DNA from: Octopus bimaculoides
Lineage: Eukaryota
Length of the DNA: 64,000 nucleotides
Assembly (NCBI RefSeq): GCF_001194135.2
Contig: NC_068984.1
Span: 28,733,793-28,797,792 of the forward strand
Reading direction: 5' to 3'
The translations under genes and the position numbers were made by a program. This document shows positions 37,684 to 50,930 of this stretch, one piece after another. Within the stretch, counting starts at the first letter, position 1. Each line of letters opens with the position of its first letter. The notes under the pieces were generated by a model. The model made no database searches. It was not told the DNA's origin and saw only the letters and a program-made list of their open reading frames with translations.

Positions 37684-39019
37684 ACCTAGACCAAGCCTTG
37701 TACTAACCACTGTGCTGCTGTACTTCCACTTCATAATGTTATCCCTTTGGAATTCCCTCCTTGACCATGGACCATGCATGTCTTTCAGTCATTTAAGAAC
37801 ATTAATCGCATTGAATTCACTCGTCTCAAAATTTTTAAAGTGCAACCTCTTCATTCAAGCAAAACTATTGGAAAAAAAACAAAAACATGTTGAGTTACTA
37901 GGTTGCCTCTATAACATTTAAATGCTAGTGATTATATTTACTGCCTATTTTATTACATCACATAGTTTAACAGTGGTTGTTTAACATCAAATCGGTCTGA
38001 CCAAAAATATCTATGATGAAAGTGATTCCATCTGTGACCTCCCCATTTATAATTCAGAAATATTACATCGAGGACTACATTATCTAATATATTCTTTTTT
38101 TCAAAGATAATACAGCAATTTGTAAAAGATCTTACCACTATTTCTGGCAGATCAAACAGCTACACTATTATAACAAAAGAAAAAAATAGAACAGAGAAAG
38201 CACAAAAGCATAGGCTAGCCTTTCCTTATTTCATAACTATATGTTTCTGGTATAAAATAAAAAAAAATTAAAACAATAAACCAAAAAAAAAATGAAGCAG
38301 AATAAACCAAACTTCTTACATTAAAGGACATAATCAGGGGAGAAGTAAATTAGATATTTTTCAATCTATTTTGCTTTGTTTTTTACAATGCTTTTTAATT
38401 TTCTTTGTTTACTTTTAAGGAACTATGTGACATGAATAGGAATGGCAAACAAATCATACAACCAACCAAATATTTCATATGATCAAAATGTTAATATCAT
38501 CAAAGCAATAAATAGTCATTTGGAGATTAAGAGAGTTAATCCAACTTCAAAAGGAAAGTTTTTTAATTATAGAAATAGATGTCAGATTAATATCAAATCA
38601 TGAGACAGTAAGTGTTTGGCAGAATGCAATGCAAACATACATACTTCCTACCAATTTTATGTCATCAGAGAATTGATCATAACTAAACTGGTTAGTAAAT
38701 ATACCTATAAACATAGTTATATCTGCAAATATACTAAATCAAGAATATAAAATAATAATGAACTTCTTGTATACAATGCTCAGGAACACTACACTTCATC
38801 AGAAAAAGTAACCAAAAGTATACTTTTGAACCTTTCAAAATTAAAGCAGATATTTATGAAAATGATATGAAATATTTTTTTACAATGTTACAAAACAGAA
38901 AAAGGTAGTGAGGGCCAATTTTAGGATTCTGAGCTTTATGGAGGATATAACAAAACTATGGTTGGTAATTCACAACAAAACTGAGGTCGTAAAAGCTTTA
39001 TATTTATCTCTCTATATAT

Positions 39020-40115
39020 AGACAACTAGGCCCCTGTAAAGAACCTTCCCACTTCCCATCTTCCTAACACCCATTCTTCCATCACTTCTCTAACTATAGC
39101 ACTATTCAGTTGCTGTTACACAGAGCAAAACTACAAGTATTTCATTACCCCCTTTTGTGCTACCAGTTACCCACCTCACAAGAATCACTTCCTTTTAATA
39201 TTCATTGCTCATTCTCAGTATCATCCCTTCCCACTTTACTTTCTACTGATCAGCCCTTTCTGTGCCTCAACTTATATTTCTCTTTCCTCTAAGTTACCTT
39301 GTTTATATCTTCTCACACCTGCCATAGGAGTCCTTCACTAACTATAGCTGCCCCTACATATCCATGACCTCCAGTACTGTTATTGTATGTCTCTCTCACA
39401 ACATCTTGTCTATCTACATGTACATTATACTGCTGTTCTCTACCCTTTCTGTAGTGCCACTTACCGTCTCCATCTTCCTGAGTCACTTCTATTTTTCACC
39501 TCCCCTTCCAGTTGATATTTACCCTTAACCACATCTCTACCCTTGTTCATCATTCACTGCATTCATCTCTACTCCCATTTCTAACAAACTATCACTCACC
39601 TCTCATATTTTTACAAACTCTACCACACAACCTTCTCAATCATCTTTTGATATTCTCTCTTATACTCACCTTCTTATACTTTAAGAGAATGCTGTGGCAT
39701 CTTGTTATTATCTTTATCTCTCCTTCCAGTTACTCCCATCAATACTTATACAATGTAAGACAACCATGCATCTCCACTACAGCATGACGCCTATTTCTGT
39801 TCCTCTATAAAACTTTAGCCTCTCACCATATGGTATGAAGCCACCTCCTCAAATACTATACCTCACTTAGTCAAATGTGATTCTTCTTAGTGTTGTGAGT
39901 CACTTGGTGACCTCATGCTTGTACCACAAAACAAAAAAGCATCCAACATACTCTGTAAAGTGCTTGGCATTTTGAAGTACATTCATCTAGAAAAACCATG
40001 GCAAAGCAAACACTAGAGTTCAATGCAGTTTTCCTGGCTCATTGGTTTTATTTGTGCAGTGCAACCCATGCCAGCATAGAAGACATATCTTAAAAGATGG
40101 TGATAATGATGATGG
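39020..40115 (+). mobile_element. C/T-rich segment plus RTE 3' tail (long-UTR type)
   Basis: About 850 nt of C/T/A-rich sequence followed by cacttggtgacctc...aaaaaagcatcc...aacccatgccagcatagaagac...gatggtgataatgatgatg. Confidence 0.6.
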
Positions 40116-40936
40116 TAAGACACAATGAACATTTGTGTGAACTGAAGATTTATGTATTATGCCTATCAAAGTAGGAAGGCTAAATCATTAAATGATTGAC
40201 TGTTCAGTGATAACAGCAAGAAATTCAAATTCTACAAATGAACAAATTCACAAAAATATTCTACCTCTTAGTTACTACCATCTGGTTTTATTACAGCCTG
40301 GCCACAATATATGAAATATCTCAATAATACAAACAAGTATTTCAATATTGCAAAACCATTCATCTTATTTAGCAAAGAAAAATCAAAATGTTAAGTGTTA
40401 AAATATAAAGCATCTACTTTTTACCCTGACACGATTTGATGAACATTTTTGAATTCATATGTGAAGAGAAACGAAAAATTGTACATTCTATAGATACGCT
40501 GTATCATATCAGATAAAGTATTTCTTTTCAAGACAAACTAAAGTAATTGATACTAATGTAACACTTTTGAAGACATTTGCATACGTGGTATTCAAGCATG
40601 TGATCTACTCACCCACAATGCTTTAGCTTTTCCAGACAAGAAGCAATATGAAGTATTTTAATATTGCTATTTTATTGCAGAAGGAAGTTTCTTATTTGAT
40701 AAATGTTTAACTTGCACCACTGAGAAATAACTAAGGTCAAAGTTAGTGCAATAAATTAAGATCCTAATAAATAGAACATTATAAAAACTTATGTAAAAAA
40801 TTTTGATCAGAGTTATATTTGAAAATAACATTTTAAACTGAAATAATTTGATTGTCCAGTATATATTTCATTGTTCTGAGATCATTTGTCAGTAATTAAT
40901 AGGTTATTTAATTGAATGCTACAAATGGCTGATTGC

Positions 40937-41190
40937 TGTCATCATCATCATTTTACATCCATTTTCCCATTTTAGTACAGAATGGACCGGTCTTCTTCAG
41001 TACAGCATCTCACTATTTTCCAACGTTCTTTGTCTCTCTCATTTCATAAAGTCAGCATCCTGAAATCAGTCTTTGCTGCTTCTTTCTATGTCCTCCTTGG
41101 TCTACCTCTTTCAGAGGTTCTTTCCACTTAGCACTCTTTGGTATTTCTTAACCCAGTTATTACCCTCCACACAGATTACACTTTCTATAG
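40937..41190 (-). mobile_element. RTE-clade LINE 3' end (short 3' UTR type)
   Basis: Reverse complement translates NWVKKYQ...ERGRPRRT.KE..KTDFRML...LKKTG, followed within ~40 nt by gggaaaatggatgtaaaaatgatgatgatg. Confidence 0.75.
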
Positions 41191-41339
41191 TCATCATTCA
41201 TCATTTAACGTCCGCTTTTCAGCACATGCTAATTAACACACATGCTGTACTAGTAGAAGACCCTGTTTCAACAATCTAAAGCAAACAGAAAACATAATAT
41301 AAGAACTAAGGTCTCCTTACATTAGCTAAAGTATATGTA

Positions 41340-41590
41340 CTTACAAAGCACAAAGAAATAAAACTATAGCACTTAATAGCACTTATAGAAGGTGTTACTC
41401 ACATGCTAGAAATAGCAACCAAATCTACTTCAAATCACACTTTACAATCATAAACAGAGGTAGGATAAATGGAATTTACTACTCTTAAATATATCATGTC
41501 AGAGAGGAAAAAAATGAGATGGTCAAAACTGGAACACATGCAATCACAGATCAGTGCAATGAAGGTATATCTGGGGCTAAAGAACAGCAA
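41340..41590 (+). mobile_element. Interspersed repeat family D
   Basis: gaaggtgttactcacatgctagaaatagcaaccaaatctacttcaaatcacac...gatggtcaaaactggaa...ctggggctaaagaacagc, homologous to 26.2 and 44.3 kb. Confidence 0.65.
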
Positions 41591-42360
41591 AAATTATAGT
41601 ACTTAATGATATGAATATGTGTGTGTAAGTGAGAGAGAGGGGGAGAGGAGGTTCTGAGCAGTGTCTGAGTAAATATGAAATTCTTCTTCCAGTACTTAAA
41701 CTAAGTTTATCAATATCTAAGTTACCATCTGAAACATAGGGACACAACTGGACACATTTTTTTACATGAACATATACAAACAAAGGCACTCACAGTTTAT
41801 TTAATATTTTACCTTTGAAATGACTGTTCTTTGTTGATAGTAACTACATACATGTATATATATATATGTCTACGTACTCTAAAATATATGTATTATGGGA
41901 TCTAAGTGAAAAATTACAAGGGTCTTGAAAGCTAAGTGTATTCATCATGAGTGTATGCATGTTGTCATAAATATTTTCACTTTTTATAAAACTTAAGCTA
42001 TCATTTAAACATACCCATAAACATGAATCTCTTTAAACATTGTGGAAACAAGGCAAATAAGAAGCAACAGTATATTGAAGACAATAAATTGAATCTAAAA
42101 TTTGTGCAACAGGTTATACAATATTAATGCAAAAAGTCTACAATCCTGATATTATCAGACGCTGTGATAAAATATTGAAGCATAATTTTCCAATTTTCTG
42201 AATACATCTGGCCCAATGAGACAATTAATATATTAGTAAAGTTATAATAAAGATAAGAATTTAAATTCTTATCTAAAAATTTTGATTTTACTTGACAGGA
42301 ATATTAATTCGAAAATATTAAATAGTTCTGAAAATGGATTCAATTGAATTTGAGCCAGCA

Positions 42361-42395
<35 letters not shown>

Positions 42396-44239
42396 AACAG
42401 TATCTACTGGGCTTAGCTGAATACAGCTGGAAATATATTAAACTCAGTCTGGTGATGAAACTCCAAATTAACAGTTCAGGAGCATGGAGTTAATACCTGG
42501 TCACTAAATTACTTGCCTCTGGATACCTTCTAACAAAGACGGTACCCACACAAGTAATCTCCAGGAGTGCCTTTGGATTTAATAATTATCCCCTGGTTGC
42601 TTAGATACTTCAGACTACCCCTTGAATATTGAAGCAATTCTATGATATATATATATATGTTTTTCTATAACTAGGTATTTGTTAGCTGTCCTAGTTAATA
42701 ATTTTGTTACATGGATACATTTATATTCAATATGGCTGGATTAACGGGTCAATAACATGTAACATTTGAAATCCAACAAATAAAATCAGATATACATTGG
42801 ATAATTCAGTATAGTGAAACATGAGTAAAACATTTTTAGTTCTGCTATGAAGTGAAAGGAGTGAAACTCTGTGGGATTTGTAAATACTTTGAATATTCTT
42901 TTACCTTCCATTATGTGGTGAAAAAAGATGTCAAATAGTAAGAGATAAAGAAAAATACAAAAGTAAACAAATAAACTCTCTTGCTAAATTTTGGAAACAG
43001 ATTTCTCAATCAGATCTTGTATATTCAAGGTTTTGTCAAAAGCGAAGTAGACCATTAAACTATATTCATTTTGAATTTAACTTCAGAGGGTGTAAAAATG
43101 TTTGCCTCAGACAAACAACCATCAACTATAATTTTGTATTTTCATCAATGCATGCTCTTATATACATACACACACACAACTGATATTAGATTTCTTTTGA
43201 ATATAAAAAGACAGCACAAAGGAAATATATAAAAGAAAGAAAAAGACATCTACTAAAAATTGCAGACATTATTTCATTCACTCATTATTTTCTTTCACAT
43301 ACATCCTTTTGTCCAATTGTAATTCTATTAAACACTCTCCTCTATTATAATGCAACAGTCTTCTTAAGGCTGGAAAAGCTACTATCATTATCAACGTCAT
43401 TAAAATTTTTGTGTAGATACTTTGTAAAGAATTACATTTTATTTGAAAACTTTAGCCAGTCTTTCATTTGCTCACTTTATTATGATTGAAATGTGGCTAA
43501 GTATTAGTCTTTAGAAATACTGATTTCTTTTTAAGACCAAACTTTGATGCTAATTGATGTAAAACTTGGAGTCTTATGTCACTGAATTAATACTAATACA
43601 GTACATTTTTGCAGACTGATAGGGCTATCTCACTAGCAGCTGATATCAAAATCATTATAATTTGTCAAACTAATATTTAACAGAGGAGAATTGTCTAGTT
43701 GCTATTAAGTTTATTATTTTTTTCTCAGCAATTAATTTCTAAATATTCAATAAATTTGAAATTAAGTTAGAAAGTAAAGAATATATAGTGAAACAAAGGA
43801 ATTGAGTAAAAGATATAATTTCTAAGTGAACTGCAATGTACTTTTAATAGAGGGGAATGTTCATAACTGATTAACACAACATGAATATATAATAGATAGC
43901 AGAAAAAGGAATAATCACGTCAAAGCTGGTAAGATTTGTATTTAAGAGTACCATGTATTAAAAAACAGATATTAATACTGTATGTAAATACAATAAAAAT
44001 AAATTAACTACCTAAATGAGAAATAACAAAAGTTATTACAATTGAAATCACAGTTTTAACATGATTCATAGGCAATACAATATGTATATGCAACAGAAAG
44101 AAAACAAACACAATACTCTTGTTACTTTTATCAATATAAACATATGTATCTGCATTCACAATCTACCCAATTAGTGACAATGGAATAGTTTAGCTACCTG
44201 ATATACAGGAGAAAATGCTGTTTTGAGCCTGATTGTATG

Positions 44240-44500
44240 GGTCTGAATATATCTGTAACATTCAACTAGTTGCATATGAATCAATGTAAACACTTAATCA
44301 GCATGCTAAAATTAACAGTTAAATTCCTATGACACCCCATTCTACCACCTTAAAAAGACCCCAAAAAACAAAAAGATATACTGGATAATGCTGTCTGAGA
44401 TAAATTATGTCTGAAAAGACAACAGTCACCACTAGAATAGCATAGATTATAAGGCCTGTTCTGCCAGGGATGATGACCTTAGTCTATACAACAGTAGTAA
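44240..44500 (+). mobile_element. Interspersed repeat family D (degraded)
   Basis: cagcatgctaaaattaacagttaaattcc...tatactggataatgctgtctgag...tgacctt...caacagtagtaacaac. Confidence 0.55.
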
Positions 44501-45439
44501 CAACTAAGTTGTATCAGGTAAAAGTTAAAATGTAGAACGGCTTCTATTTAAGATAGTGTTTCCAGCAGTCTGGTAAATCTTCTCTATGAAAATCGTCACT
44601 GCCAACTATGTGTAACTTTCACATTGATTCGATAAAAGGAATGCATACACCTCTGCAATTCGCATGAGTTAATAGAGACTTGTGGGTCTATGTAACTAGA
44701 GTGGAAAGATCAATACCATTAGTTCTCTCATACACAGCAAGTCTCTTATCTCACTTGCATAATGGAATTAAATATGATATACCCAAAGTTTACACTTGTC
44801 CCATTTCTTTTCTGACCCAACAAAACCTGCATCAATGCACATACAAATATGAATTCATGACTCACTTGAAACAGCAGCCAAATTGATCATTTATCTTATA
44901 TTGTAACTATATCAAAAATCATACAACTTTAGCTCTAATTATTTACATACTTTCTCCCTTAAGAACAACTTAGCAGAAGAATGTTAGCAAATTGCTGGTT
45001 TTTACAGCTTTGTGTATTTACAGATACACTGTAGAAGTCAGTGTGAAAACTTTTATAAAAGAAATGTCATTTGCAAAAAATTTCTAAAGAAATTTTTAGA
45101 CTTTTCTATACACTGATATATACCTATATGTGAAATATGTAATACTCCCCAAGATGTTTTAGACATGATACTAATGAACTCCATGCATATTTCATATTAT
45201 TTGTTGTCTGAGTATTGCAAATAAGAAACGTTGAGAAGCAGCATACACAGGCTCAAATTGGAATAAATAATTTGTCTCATAGCTATCACTAAAAATCAAG
45301 TACAGCTTGGTGGTAGATACTTTTTCTCTAAATATACTGAAATTTCATCATTGATATTTCTCTTTTTTTGGGGTGGGACTGTGCAGCAACGGTGCTAATG
45401 CAACATGACTGCAAATACCACAGAATATTGATGAAAGAC

Positions 45440-45900
45440 TTTGTGTAGTGGACCTTGCTTTAGCTCTTGTTTTTACTTCCTGTTCTTTCATTCAATTGAA
45501 CTTAGTAAATTTTATTCCTTTCTCTATTGCCTTCTACCATTGTTTATAATTAACTGCTGTCTTCTCGTTTCAGTAATTATCAGGCCATCCATTTCATTGA
45601 GATGTGGCTTAATGACACCTTATAATGAAATTTCATGTGTTCTCTTTCATGACTTCCACATTTCAGCTTGCTTTAGAATGTGGTCTTTGAAACCTTAGTA
45701 TCCTAAATATGCATCATTTGTCCCAACCTAGCACAGCTGATATTCTGTCAGATTAGATTTAACTTGGTTAAACTTGGTTCACTTTTTCTAATCGCCTTCT
45801 ACACTAACCACTTTGTTAATCATATTGTCTTGGATAGAAATAACATAATAGTGTATTGCAGGGTACAAGTCAACCTCACTTGCCAAAGTGCTCCTAATTC
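45440..45900 (-). mobile_element. RTE-clade endonuclease fragment (degraded)
   Basis: The minus strand gives interrupted VVSVE.RL...NISCARLG / KREDS.LII readings consistent with the RTE APE domain (ISAYAPQVG and KKREEHLITY motifs degraded). Confidence 0.5.
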
Positions 45901-46499
45901 TCTTTGTCAAGTGACTGTGAAATGAACAGAGACAAGAAGGGATTGAGATGACACTTCAGTTCTGTTGTGTTGAGGACATGACAACCTTTTTTGTGTTGGT
46001 GCTGTAATAAAGTGCACCCACCGTACTGTAATGCAGTTGATGTTAGGAAGGGCACTCAGTCATGGAAAGCCATTCCACAATAAACATAGGAGAACGTTTT
46101 TCCAGCATATTGTGTACTGTTACAACCCATACGACATATATCAGCATAAATAAAATTAAAAAAACAGATGTAGCGTGACGATAGTGACAATGATGTTTTA
46201 AATACAGATGTGCATGTGTACATATGCGTGTACATGTATGTGTACACACACACATATGTACACACACATGTAGATGTATACTTGGTATGTATGCATACAC
46301 CCACCCACATTCACATATCTATTTAGAAATATGTATGTGTGCATGCATGTACTGTGTTGTAGGACACAGTTTTTCACATAAGTAGTTAGAATTTTGTGTA
46401 AGGGCCCATCTTTTAGGTAATTATTATAAACCTGGGCAACATCAAGTACTGCTTCTCATGTGTATGTATGTGTATATATATACATAGCATTTGTTCTTC

Positions 46500-46672
46500 C
46501 TATTGCTTAATGATCCTATAGCCTAACAGTGTGGAAAAAGAGACCAATAAAATAAGTACCAGACTTTAAGAAATTAAGTACTGGGGTCAATTTTATTGGC
46601 TAAACTCTTCAAGGTAGTGTCTCAGTATGGCTGCAGTTCAATGATTGAAACAAGTAAAAGTGTAAAACAGTA
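46500..46672 (+). mobile_element. SINE-A 3' half, plus strand
   Basis: aaaagagaccaataaaataagtaccag...aagtactggggtcaat...cagtatggctgcagttcaatgattgaaacaagtaaaag matches the reverse complement of the SINE-A tails at 23.1, 26.8 and 27.4 kb. Confidence 0.85.
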
Positions 46673-48319
46673 AAAATGTAAATGTATGGATTTATGTGTG
46701 TATGTATACACATACCATATGTTTGCTTAATTAAATTTTTAAACTAAATATTTTACTCAAAATATAAATCACATTATGGATTTGAAACTGAATCTCCATA
46801 GCAGTCAATATACACCAGAGTTGATGAAGAAAACAATGTGAAATTGGGAAGGATGTATGCAGCATCATCTCTCAGTATTAGTTAATGTAGAAAATAAACT
46901 GTAACAATCTAATAACATTATTGACATTGGTATTTACCTTCTAAAAAGAAAACAAATTTTCATCAGAATGTTTGTAGTGGCAACATCACAATCATTCTCG
47001 TTATTACCTTGATCATGTTTATTTGCAGCCGCTAACATAACAACATTACCAACAATAAGCAAGTCTGACAAAATGATATGATTGGAAAATCAATGTATGT
47101 TTGTCTGAAATCTCTGAGACTCAATACATCTTGTAGTATTCACTTAAATGACAAGGTACACTCTTGTTAGTGGTTTTATTACTCACAATTTCGCCTTTCC
47201 AAGCTGCACCCCAATGTTGCATAAATTTCTCCCACTACAACTAATACTTGCTTGTTTGTCTATCTATATTTCTCTTATCTTTCTAATATATTTACTCACA
47301 TCATCCTTTTTCCTCCCTTCAGCAAAGCAAGAGAAACCTCTTGTTTCAGAGAATCACGTTATTGTCAGTGTTATCAATATGGTAAGATGTTAGGCCTTAA
47401 AGCAAAGAGTTTGCATCTATTTTTGGTAATATTGTTTGCATTCCTGCCGAAGACTTGACAAATCGTGTTGAAAACAGACTGTGAATGTTATTTGCAGAAA
47501 AGAAATTTAGTGTAACTAGACAGTCTTAAAACCACACAGTGCTTTGCATCAACATGAGGTCAAATAATTCCACTTACATTTTGGCTTTCTTACATTTTTC
47601 TTTCTTTTTTATTTTAATTTATAAAAATCTTTAATACAAAATTTATTTACAATGAAATAAGTTACTTTTTACAGTTCTTAGTATGGATTTTATTTACAAT
47701 GAAAGGAGTTACTTTTTCAAGAAAAATAATTGTTAATGTAAAAAAAAAAAAAATTTGTAGAAAATTTATTTGTTTTTGAATATTTATGAATGAGAACTTT
47801 TTGTAGGAGTAAAGCACTGTGTTTTTAGCAGAAATTCATCATTTTCATGGAATATTGCTAGTGTAGATGAACAGGTTTCTTATTACAATTATAACAGTTT
47901 TAGTTTACATCTATTTTAGCATAATAAATTCACATACATGTTTGTGCTTAGTATGAATTTTCATTTGGTTAGAGGATTACCGATGGCACAGACATAATCA
48001 TGAAGGTTCTACAAGACTGTTGAAGTTGATGATAGCAGTGTGGCTGTTATTTTAGGTGTATTAATGCTTCATATATGCAGTGAAGTGATACCCCACACAC
48101 AGCAGTGATTACTTCATTTGAGAATCTCTACATGATTTTTATCTGGCTTCACAAAGTTCCTTTCATCATTTTATCACAGACTAGGTTATGTTTCTTAAAA
48201 TAAGTGTTATCATATGCTATTAAGTTCTAGATGTAACTCGGTAGACAGATGTAGTTCATTAGTTCCATTACAAAACTGTTTTTTAAAAAGTGTCATTCTG
48301 ATATTTTTATCTTTTTTAA

Positions 48320-48620
48320 GAATTGGATTGGTCCGGAGAAAATGGTGCACACATGATCTTCACAACATCTCTGAATGAGTGTGCAGGGTAAGAAAAAAAA
48401 TGTGTTTCGGTTTCTGGAGGAGTAGGCTTGGATTTAGTAGAGTGGAACACAATATGATTGAAGAGAGAAGAGATGAGTTATAGGGGTCTGCCTAAGTGAT
48501 GATGGCATTAGTGTTGTCAGTTGCAGGATGCAGAAACCACTATAGAAGCAACAGGAAAGGCAGAGAGGTGACAGCACATCTTTATTAGATCGAAGTGTTA
48601 TGACACCATCTCAGCTGCTA
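48320..48620 (-). mobile_element. CR1-like LINE 3' remnant
   Basis: The minus strand reads AVTSLPFL...LMPSSLRQTP.TH.FSLQSYCV, resembling the same C-terminal region as 7770-8260. Confidence 0.4.
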
Positions 48621-48669
48621 CTTTCAATTAATGCCTAGAATAAACAATAACTTTGCTGCACAAGAACAA

Positions 48670-48885
48670 GTAACCTTTTAACATTTAAACAAGGTATATG
48701 CGGCTCAAATATTCTACCTGTTTTATGTTCAACCTGGCCAGATCTTGTTTCTGACACCTACCTTACAATGTCATTCTAAAAGTAAACAATCATATCATCA
48801 AAATCTCAAAGCTATCAGATAATGCATGATAAATTGAAGATAATGTGAATAAATAAGCTTTATATTTGAAATGTTAGATGCTCGA
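48670..48885. mobile_element. Possible piggyBac-like MITE remnant
   Basis: Begins taaccttttaacatttaaac..., resembling a TTAA-flanked octopus repeat recalled from memory. The right TIR is not recognisable, so this is not provable from the window. Confidence 0.3.
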
Positions 48886-49060
48886 TACAGATTTTTTATG
48901 TAGAAGTGTGCATTACTGAGATTTTTAGGTTATACATATCTAAATACCAGTAACCTTCATAAAACTAGAATATTTAATTTCAAAAATGTCATTGTGAAAA
49001 CAGAATATCTGTGTACAGTCACATATATGCATGGACATAGATATAGATTCAAGTGCTATT

Positions 49061-49106
<46 letters not shown>

Positions 49107-50019
49107 TATATATATGACACACATATATATACCATGGAACATCTTCAAAACAAGACACCACTATCTAAACATTATCTAACCTTAAATAAGATTACGCACG
49201 AAGCAAAACAACCAATGTAAGTAATCTCCATAAATTATAAATCCATCAACAAACATAACAAATATTTATTCCCATCATCAGCTGCCAAATGGATATCACT
49301 ATGGTTTTGACACCTGAGCAGTACCATTCAATCTGGTGATTCAAAAGTGTTAAAAGCTGCTTGGGAATCGATAGTAATCAGCAGGTGTGAAACATCAGCA
49401 GAGTATGTCCATTACTCTAACACCTGCTTGTAAACTGTATTAATGTATAGTTACAAAACAGTATGTATACAACACAATACTCCAAAAGAGGAAGTTATGA
49501 TCCTAAAAATTATAATATAATATACACATACATATTATACACACACATATGTATATATATATTGTGTGTAATTGGGTTAATTTGATGCTTCCATTTTGTT
49601 TTACTCAGCTTTTATAATATATTGTTGTTGTTGCTTTTTAATCCCAATTTGTCCCTGAATACTATAGGCCACTGATAAATGATTGTAAATTAATCAGAAC
49701 AGGTGATCAATGCAACAGAAACAGTATTCTATGGCATGTTCAGTTTCTTAACATTGTGATAAGTATAACAAAAGTTAATAAAAATGATGTCTAGTTTCAA
49801 CTCTTACTGAGAGAATGAAAATAGCTAAATCTTTCTATTGTTGTTTATCCCTAAGTCAGTCCTGACTGCACAATGGGTGTTTGTTTTTTTCTTTCGTATT
49901 CTTTATTCAATGAACTTCTTTGTATATATTTGTCTTGTTTACATTTTCAGTCATCATGGTGAGTATACCTCAAGTGTTGTGTTAGAATTCGCTGATATTT
50001 TTAATGATCTATTTATCAT

Positions 50020-50930
50020 CATCTATTTGGTAAGTGCCAGCAAAAGTCTCATTCATTCCAATGCTGAAAGCAGTCCTCAAACTACCCTCTAAGGCTTTTC
50101 AACTCCACAAACCCAGAGCCACCTCTATCAATGTTGGCACAATGACAGGCAGATTTAGTGAGACAGTTGAAATGCTTGAGCAGTGGCATGTAGGTGTGTG
50201 CCAATTTCAAGAGATATCATGGAGAGAGGCCTCAGCTAGACTGCTTGTGGGTAAGGAACATACATACAAATTCTTCTGTATAAGGTGGTATACTTTTGAT
50301 GGAAAAATGGATGGATAAAGAGATCGAGGAAGTCAGAATTTTGTGACAATTATTAAGATAAGCATAATCTTGTATAATATAACAGTGACGTTTATATCAG
50401 CATATGGACCATTTATACAAATTTATTTTGCAGATTAACCTGATGGTGAAAGACAATTACATTATTATCATGGCTGGTGGCTTCAATAGATTTTATGGGG
50501 TGCACAGAAGTTATGGCATTGGTACCAGAAATGAGGAGGGAACAAGACTGTTGATATGCATGTCTGCAATATTAACTTCAGGAAATCTGGTGTGCATACA
50601 AGCCAGATTGACTGCATTCTCACCAGATAGGGGTAGACATATCCTTCTCAGGTGAAAAATGTACAACTCAACAGTGGCTAGTAGTTAGTGATTTCTGACT
50701 TAAGGACTAGAAGGACCCAGAAACATAAACTGATATGGAAAAGGAGGCTATGGAAGCTTAAGAATTCTTCAAATGACCAGAGATTTAGAGATGTCCTAAT
50801 TGAAGCATTTGACAAAAAGGATGAAGCGATAGAGATGTATTACATAAAGTTTTTATGGGATAACCTACTTGGGTCAAACTGTTTAACCCATGCCAGCATG
50901 GAAAACAGACATTAAATGATAATGATGATG
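50020..50930 (+). mobile_element. RTE element: endonuclease region joined directly to the 3' tail
   Basis: ATSINVGTMTGRFSETVEMLEQ..VGVC.FQE..WR.ASARLLVGKEH.YKFF, then IIMAGGFN..YGVH.SYGIGTRNEEGTRLL, then LIWKRRLWKLK...WDNLL. At ~50870 the sequence switches to tcaaactgtttaacccatgccagcatggaaaacagacattaaatgataatgatgatg. Confidence 0.85.

Noticed and set aside
47187-47245. Minus-strand donor ATT|gtgagt preceded by LVVVGEIYATLGCSLERRN (phase 1)
   Set aside because: There is an in-frame TAG upstream with no intervening ATG, and the purine-rich context gives no usable acceptor.
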